From Terriglobia bacterium (GTDB lineage Bacteria; Acidobacteriota; Terriglobia; 2-12-FULL-54-10): a stretch of 64,000 bases of DNA. The stretch is from NCBI GenBank assembly GCA_963666975.2, contig CAXVYR010000004.1, positions 1,088,001 to 1,152,000 on the forward strand, in the 5' to 3' direction. Positions 58,396-64,000 of this stretch are shown here, in pieces. The notes beneath the pieces are model-generated. The model searched no databases. It was not told where the DNA came from and saw only the letters and a list, made by a program, of their open reading frames with translations. The first letter of the stretch is position 1, and every line of letters begins with the position of its first letter. The position numbers and the translations under genes are program-made.

Positions 58396-58651
58396 ACACC
58401 CCGTTATCGGTTGTGGCGAGCCGACCCACTGAGATGATAGGTCACCTGCTTAACTGAATAGACTTAAATGCGCAGGGGGTACGGATGGAAACGATTTATG
58501 CAGGCAACAAAATAGGCGGGCGGTTGCTTCGGTGCCTGGGCTTTTGCGTTCGGAGCGGTTGTGGCACGGAGTCCCGACCGGTTCCGGGCCACAAACGTCG
58601 AGTGTCAATTGATTAACCTCGTAAGCGAGAGTGAGAGCGAGAAGGAGGAGC

Positions 58652-59977
58652 ATGCTCATTACATGTTGGACTCGTAGATTGATAATGCTGGCAGGTGTGG
58701 TCGTATGTATGAGTTCCTATGCCCACGCCCAGGCCACCGGCGATGACGCCGTGTTCGTGGCGAACAACATCTGGATGATGGTGGCGACTTTTCTGGTGTT
58801 CATCATGCATCTGGGCTTTGCCACGCTGGAGTCGGGTTTGGTCCAGGCCAAACACACGGTCAATATCCTGTTCAAGAACACAATGATCGTGGCCATCGGC
58901 CTGCTGACTTATGCCATGTGGGGCTTCAACCTGATGTATCCCGGAGAATTCTTTAGCGGGAACTGGCTGGGATTTGCGGGTTTTGGTATCAGCTCGCCCG
59001 AGGGCGCGGCCGGCTTGATTGCCTATGCCGACGGCGGATACACCTACTGGACCGATTTTCTGTTCCAGGCGATGTTCGCGGCCACCGGCGCCACCATTGT
59101 TTCCGGAGCTGTCGCAGGGCGCATCAAGCTCCGCAGTTTTCTTGTGTTCACGTTCTTTTTCGTGGGCTTTGTCTATCCCTGGGTCGGCAGCTGGAAGTGG
59201 GGCGGCGGCTGGCTGGATCAGATGGGCTTCTACGATTTTGCCGGATCGACGCTGGTCCACTCGGTTGGCGGCTGGGGCGCCCTTGCCGGCGCGTTGCTGT
59301 TAGGCCCCCGGCTCGGGAAGTACGTGGGGAACCAGGTGCGTGCGATACCTGGCTCGAACATGCCGCTGGCGACGATCGGGGTCTTCCTCCTGTGGCTGGG
59401 CTGGTTTGGATTCAACGGCGGTTCGGTGCTGTCGGCGGATCCCGAACTCGTGTCGAGGACATTGGTGACGACCTGTCTGGCGGCGGCAGCAGGCATCGTG
59501 GCGGCCTACATCGCGTCCAGCCTGTTGCAGAAGAAGCCTGACCTTTCGATGGTGTTAAACGGCTGCCTGGCCGGTCTGGTCGGCATCACGGCCGGCGCCG
59601 ATACCGTGTCCGTGATGCACGCGGTAATCATTGGTCTGGTTGCGGGCGCCCTCGTCGTGCTGGCGGTGATCACCATCGACTCGAAATTGAAGATCGATGA
59701 CCCCGTCGGTGCGATTTCCGTGCACTTGGTATGCGGCATCTGGGGGACTCTGGCCGTCGGGCTCTTCAGCACGGACCCGGACCACACCTTCCTGAAACAG
59801 CTCACCGGCGTGGCAGCCTATGGCGTTGCCACTTTTTCTATAGCCCTGTTGATCTTCTTCCTTTTGAAAACCACGATGGGAATCCGTGTTTCGGAAGAGG
59901 AAGAGCAGGAGGGATTGGATATCGGGGAACACGGCATGGAGGCCTACGCTGGTTTCCAAAGGGCGGCGTGGGAGTAG
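58652..59977 (+). CDS. amtB: Ammonium transporter
   Basis: MHLGFATLESG, FQAMFA, DFAGSTLVHSVGG, WLGWFGFNGGS, NGCLAGLVGITA and DDPVGAISVH. AGGAG RBS before ATG 58652. Confidence 0.96.
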   Translation: MLITCWTRRLIMLAGVVVCMSSYAHAQATGDDAVFVANNIWMMVATFLVFIMHLGFATLESGLVQAKHTVNILFKNTMIVAIGLLTYAMWGFNLMYPGEFFSGNWLGFAGFGISSPEGAAGLIAYADGGYTYWTDFLFQAMFAATGATIVSGAVAGRIKLRSFLVFTFFFVGFVYPWVGSWKWGGGWLDQMGFYDFAGSTLVHSVGGWGALAGALLLGPRLGKYVGNQVRAIPGSNMPLATIGVFLLWLGWFGFNGGSVLSADPELVSRTLVTTCLAAAAGIVAAYIASSLLQKKPDLSMVLNGCLAGLVGITAGADTVSVMHAVIIGLVAGALVVLAVITIDSKLKIDDPVGAISVHLVCGIWGTLAVGLFSTDPDHTFLKQLTGVAAYGVATFSIALLIFFLLKTTMGIRVSEEEEQEGLDIGEHGMEAYAGFQRAAWE

Positions 59978-60140
59978 CGGATTTTACGGCTCCGGCGTGG
60001 CGCATGCTGTGGGAGGTTTTGTGGCTCTGGCCGGAGCCATGCTGCTGAGACGACGAACTGCCAATGGGATTGTGCTCTTGCCGGCCGTTGCTGCAATGAT
60101 CGGGCCACGTATGTTCACGGCGCATCGGCGAAGCAGGTCG
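59978..60140 (+). pseudogene. Eroded remnant of a second amt gene
   Basis: DFYGSGVAHAVGGFVALAGAMLL (compare DFAGSxxVHxVGG), followed by TANG.. and VHG scraps. Confidence 0.6.
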
Positions 60141-60317
60141 TACGGCATGCCGCCGCGCCTGGCGGGCGGGATATGGGAGCATCCCGGGAAGTGGGAGTCT
60201 GAGGATTGAGCGGAGATTTCGAGAAGAACGAACCGGTCACCCTCGGCGGATCAGGAGTCTCATCTTTTGCCGGATGAACCGTCAACGAACACTTGATTTG
60301 ATAAGGAGAAAAGTCTA

Positions 60318-61187
60318 ATGAAATCAAGGATTCCTGTTCTGATTGCAGGTTTGATTGTAGTGTGGGGTGGATTTGCGGGTACTGCCAGAGCCCAGTATTC
60401 GGCGGGTGTGGATACCGCATTTGTCAGCAAATATATCTGGCGCGGACAGCGACTGACAAACGACTGGAGTTTTCAACCCTCGCTAACGGTCGGCAAAGGA
60501 GGTTTCGCCTTCAATGCATGGGGCACCATGGACCTCACTGCGGTGAACCCGGCCGACGGGATCACGATTCCCGAGGATCCGGCTGTGACTCCCGGAGACA
60601 ACGACAATGGATTGAGAGGCCAATTCAGTGAGGTGGACTATACGTTCTCCTACGATCACTCTTTTGAAAGCGTCTCCCTCGGAGGTGGTGTCATCTTCTA
60701 TACTTTCCCCCAGCGTTCTTCGACGCTGGCGACGACTGAGGAGATCTACGGGTCAATCAGTTTCGACTCGGTTCCCCTGGCGCCAAGCGCCACGCTCTAC
60801 ATAGATGTCGACGAGACCAGCGCCGGAGACGGCGACATGGGCGTCTATTTCCTGCTAGGGGCGGGGCACAGCATCGCAACCGGCAACGACGTATTCACTT
60901 CCTTGGACCTGTCGGCCTCAATCGCCTTCGCGAACAGTGGTTTTGGGAATTTTTACTACGGATTGGACCATAGCGGCCCGCATGACTTCAGCTTTTCGAT
61001 CTCGGCTCCCATCGCAATCAACGACAACTGGTCGTTTGGCGCCTTCATCACCTATAGCGCGCTGCTTGGGGACTACCGCGACGGCGCGTACTCCGATCCC
61101 CGGACCGATTTTCTGGGGACCTCGGGAACTCCCAGAAGTTTCGCCGACACGGTGTGGGGTGGCATTACCATGAGCCTGACGTTCTGA
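60318..61187 (+). CDS. TorF/TIGR02001-like outer-membrane beta-barrel
   Basis: Signal peptide, SKYIWRGQ..QP, EVDY and a terminal F. Sits next to amtB, as is typical for the family. Confidence 0.8.
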   Translation: MKSRIPVLIAGLIVVWGGFAGTARAQYSAGVDTAFVSKYIWRGQRLTNDWSFQPSLTVGKGGFAFNAWGTMDLTAVNPADGITIPEDPAVTPGDNDNGLRGQFSEVDYTFSYDHSFESVSLGGGVIFYTFPQRSSTLATTEEIYGSISFDSVPLAPSATLYIDVDETSAGDGDMGVYFLLGAGHSIATGNDVFTSLDLSASIAFANSGFGNFYYGLDHSGPHDFSFSISAPIAINDNWSFGAFITYSALLGDYRDGAYSDPRTDFLGTSGTPRSFADTVWGGITMSLTF

Positions 61188-61429
61188 GAGGAAGGAAGCG
61201 GGCTCAACGGCGTTTTCAGTCCGCCGGCTGGAGAGCTCTGGCACCGCTTCCCCGGTCGTTGTGGCGTTCCGGTTCTTGAATCCGCGTTATGAGTTGAATC
61301 TCTGCCAGGCGGCTGGCTGAGCAGGCCCACGGGCAGTAGCAAGAATGAGGAAAAGAGCAGGACGATGATGAAAAGACGGGTCCTGGCAATGATCTGCCTG
61401 AGTTTGCGTTCCGCGGCGATAGGAAGATG

Positions 61430-61484
61430 AGGACGTGAGATTCTCAATCTCAAAACCCGGGTTCGATTCCCGGTAGCGCTACCA
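61430..61484 (+). other. 3' half of tRNA-Glu(CTC), att-like fragment
   Basis: AGGACG TGAGA TT-CTC-AA TCTCA AAAC CCGGG TTCGATT CCCGG TAGCGCT A CCA. The matching 5' acceptor strand AGCGCTA is absent upstream. Confidence 0.82.
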
Positions 61485-61699
61485 ATTACCCACCGCTACT
61501 AAGCACTACAGAAATGACTTAGCGAATTGACCCTTTTTGCCGGTATTACTCTGCGGCGATGCAGGGCCAAGTTAGCTGTTGGGCTGTGGCCACGTGTATC
61601 ATGCCTACTGCGTCGACTTGATGCGCAAAGTTGTCCTGAGAGAGCTTCATCGTTATGGAATCGCCGGACCCGTTACGCAACGTCCCGTCGCAGCCTCAG

Positions 61700-61982
61700 C
61701 AGGTATGCCCGCTTCGCCCCCGCCGACAAGTTTGCCATCGCGCAGCGCTTCGAGTACTTCGACGACATAGAAGCCCGATCAACCGGAGAGGAGCAAATCC
61801 TCAGGGAGTACACCTTGACGTTCGAATACGCTCCAGAACCACGCTTCATTACGCGCTTTGAGTACCGTCGCGAATGGTCGACTGTCCCAGACTTCTTCAG
61901 CCGTGGCGCCTTGGGCGGGTTCGACACTTCTCAAGACACGCTTACCCTCGGCATGATGTGGGTCTTCGGTCCCAGGGAATAA
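61700..61982 (+). pseudogene. C-terminal fragment of an outer-membrane porin (BBP2/OmpL-like)
   Basis: AQRFEYFDD...EYTLTFEY...RFEYRREWS...QDTLTLGMMWVF. No plausible N-terminus. Confidence 0.62.
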
Positions 61983-62017
61983 TCCCCGACGACTCGCAAA
62001 GTTCTCCGCTCGTTCGC

Positions 62018-62050
62018 ACCGCGGTCTCTTCGGAGACCGCGGTTTTTTTT
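62018..62050 (+). terminator. Rho-independent terminator
   Basis: ACCGCGGTCTC-TTCG-GAGACCGCGGT followed by a T-run. Confidence 0.9.
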
Positions 62051-62091
62051 CTGAACTTCTTGTGTGCCCAGCAGCGGGTGGGCGAACCGAT

Positions 62092-62670
62092 TTAGCCACC
62101 CCGCTTCGCCTGCACCGCCCGATAGCGAAAGCAATCCACGGTGTGGTCATTAACCATCCCGACCGCCTGCATAAAGGCATAACAGATCGTCGAGCCGACG
62201 AACTTAAAGCCGCGTCTGACCAGGTCTTTGCTCATCGCTTCCGATTCCGGTGTTTTGGCCGGAATCTCGCGGAGCGACTTCCACGCGTTTCGTTTCGGCT
62301 TACCGCCCGCGAACCGCCAGATGTAGGCGTCAAAGCTGCCGAACTTCTCCTGCACCTGCAAGAAAGCTTTGGCGTTCCCGACGGCGGCGGCAACTTTCAG
62401 TTTGTTTCGCACGATGCCGGGGTCCGCGAGCAGTTTTTTCACCTTTGCCCGGTCAAAGCGGGCGATTTTGCGGGCGTCAAAACGGGCGAACGCTCTGCGG
62501 TAGTTTTCGCGCTTCCGGAGGATCGTCAGCCAACTCAGACCCGCCTGCGCGCCTTCCAGCAGCAGGAATTCAAACAACACACGGTCGTCATGGACGGGGA
62601 CTCCCCATTCCTGGTCGTGATAAGCAATGTAGAGCGGGTCATCGGCCACCCACTCGCATCTTTTTCTCAA
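62092..62670 (-). CDS. tag: DNA-3-methyladenine glycosylase I
   Basis: RCEW..DPLYIAYHDQEWG, LEGAQAGLSW, GFKFVGSTICYAFMQAVG.VNDH..C. TTG start inferred. Confidence 0.95.
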   Translation of the reverse strand: MRKRCEWVADDPLYIAYHDQEWGVPVHDDRVLFEFLLLEGAQAGLSWLTILRKRENYRRAFARFDARKIARFDRAKVKKLLADPGIVRNKLKVAAAVGNAKAFLQVQEKFGSFDAYIWRFAGGKPKRNAWKSLREIPAKTPESEAMSKDLVRRGFKFVGSTICYAFMQAVGMVNDHTVDCFRYRAVQAKRGG

Positions 62671-62928
62671 TTCTTTTCTCCCATCCTGGCTCCATGAAAT
62701 AACTTGGATTGGCAGTGACTGCGGGGAAGCTTGTGAGTGACGGGAGCAAGTGTGTGCCGGGAACCGGGCAGCCTGCAACCGTTTGACCAGTTTCAGGGTT
62801 GGTGTAACGTGCGTTGTTGGTGAATCCATCCGAGCCGCGACCATGAGGGAGCGGGTAAATGGTGTTTTTCAACAACCTGTTAGAGACCGTGGATGAAAAA
62901 CAACCGCAGCCAGGCAGGCTGGCGCGGC

Positions 62929-64000
62929 TCAATCGACGGCACGGGGGGCGTAGTAGCCTTTTCGCACCCGAATTTCGTATTTGATTTCTTTGCGTTTTTC
63001 GTCCACTACTTTCAAACGCTTGCCGTCCGGCCCCACCAACTCCACCTTAATTTTGCGGAATTTGCCGTCGCGCTTCGTATTGGTTGGGGTATAGCTGAGG
63101 TTGTATTCGTTCCGCAGCGAAGCGGCGATGTCGCGGTAGATCTCCGGGAACTGGCCTTCAAAGCGCGGGAAATAGGACTTGCCGCCGGAGAGCTTGGCGA
63201 AGCTGCGAAGCTGATTGTCGGCTTGCAGGAAGCCGATATTTGTCGAGGAACCCATGTATCCCCGCGCATCGTACCTCATCCGCAGCGCCTGGCCCGTGCC
63301 GATGGCGTAAACGGGCGTATCGGAGCTTTCGACCAGCTTGAGCGTTTTGTCGTAGCGCGTTTTGCTGAAGGTGTCGACGCCGCTTGAGATCAGCAGGATG
63401 GCTTTTTTTCCGTCAATGTCATCCATCCGCGTGAGGGTGTCCGATAAGGCGTCAAACAGATTGGTTTCGCTGAACCCCGGTATCCGCATCCGGTTCAGCG
63501 CCTGGAAGGCTCCCGCTTTGTTCCGCGTGAAGTCCTGCAAAATTTCGGGGCGCATGTCGTAGGCGATCACGGCTACCCAGTCCTCCTCTTGCAAGGAGTT
63601 GACGAAGCCATAGGCCGCCTCCATCGTCTGCCACAAAAACTGCCAGTAGAGATCGCTGAATTCGATCACCATGGCCACCGTCATGGGCGCCGCGGCGGCC
63701 TCCATGCGCTCGATTTGCTGCTCCACTCCGTCTTCCAGGACCCGGAAATGCCCCTTTTGCAAGTTGGGAATGAAGAAGCCTTTCTTGTTCTGCACCACCA
63801 CGCTCAGATTCACCAGTTGCACGTCCGAGCGAAGGTAGAAACCGTCGGCGGGGTCGGCGCCCCTCTCCTTTTCCAGAGGCTCCCGGGGCGGCTTGGTGGG
63901 GCGTTTGCGGGGAACCACCACCGTTTCGCCTACGCTTCTGCGCGGCCCTCCCTGGTTGATGGGAGCTGTTTCCCGTGGCCCGGCCTGCTCCGGTTCCTCG
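62929..64000 (-). CDS. VWA domain protein (Acidobacteria VWFA-related type), 5' end outside the window
   Basis: LVNLSVVV..IPNL..F.VLEDGVEQ, TNLFDAL, KKAILLISSG.D, YTPTN..RDGKFRKIKV and RKGYYAP. Confidence 0.9.
   Translation of the reverse strand, partial: EEPEQAGPRETAPINQGGPRRSVGETVVVPRKRPTKPPREPLEKERGADPADGFYLRSDVQLVNLSVVVQNKKGFFIPNLQKGHFRVLEDGVEQQIERMEAAAAPMTVAMVIEFSDLYWQFLWQTMEAAYGFVNSLQEEDWVAVIAYDMRPEILQDFTRNKAGAFQALNRMRIPGFSETNLFDALSDTLTRMDDIDGKKAILLISSGVDTFSKTRYDKTLKLVESSDTPVYAIGTGQALRMRYDARGYMGSSTNIGFLQADNQLRSFAKLSGGKSYFPRFEGQFPEIYRDIAASLRNEYNLSYTPTNTKRDGKFRKIKVELVGPDGKRLKVVDEKRKEIKYEIRVRKGYYAPRAVD

Noticed and set aside
58320-58650. NtrC boxes, sigma54 promoter or glnA riboswitch upstream of amtB
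   Set aside because: TGCA half-sites lack correct spacing and symmetry, and I see no convincing TGGCAC-N5-TTGC or glutamine-riboswitch consensus by eye.
49816-61484. One island bounded by tRNA-Arg and the tRNA fragment
   Set aside because: They are different tRNAs (Arg versus Glu) on opposite strands, so not an attL/attR pair.
1-64000. CRISPR array, cas genes, rRNA, reverse transcriptase/DGR
   Set aside because: No regularly spaced repeat-spacer series, no cas or RT motifs and no rRNA-like stretch were seen by eye.

Overview
This looks like a GC-rich bacterial chromosome segment, most likely Acidobacteriota. That assignment is an inference from the Acidobacteria-type VWA protein, the Ser/Thr-kinase families and the TPR-rnc-lepB-AsmA operon. 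The ends hold housekeeping genes: TPR-TPR-rnc-lepB-AsmA at 0-8 kb, and amtB, a TorF-like porin, tag and a VWA gene at 58-64 kb. The middle is a mosaic accessory region. Main observations: (1) 7.8-17.0 kb appears to be a tandem array of small integrase-less cassettes stacked in the 5' end of a TPR gene. Each unit is bounded by a ~75-bp 'B' arm ending in a shared 9-bp core (GGCGRCGTT) and a G/C-run 'A' arm fused to a copy of the host promoter. Cargo is a SIR2-like gene (split by nested IS3-like and IS256 elements with intact TSDs), hicB plus an eroded hicA, cimA and a methyltransferase. (2) A UxxC selenoprotein peroxiredoxin with a SECIS-like hairpin. (3) A Tat-signal ThDP enzyme paired with a cytochrome c. 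(4) A Ser/Thr kinase-class III cyclase-TM receptor with non-canonical base-specificity residues. (5) Six secreted amidohydrolases, four of them in tandem. (6) IS1380-derived ends pointing at neighbouring genes, and MITE/REP hybrids. (7) tRNA-Arg(UCG) with a decayed integrative element on its 5' side, and an orphan tRNA-Glu 3' half. (8) Many 'hollowed-out' genes that keep only their two ends. No CRISPR array or rRNA was seen. All calls are by eye, from motifs. Several 1-nt indels could be sequencing errors.
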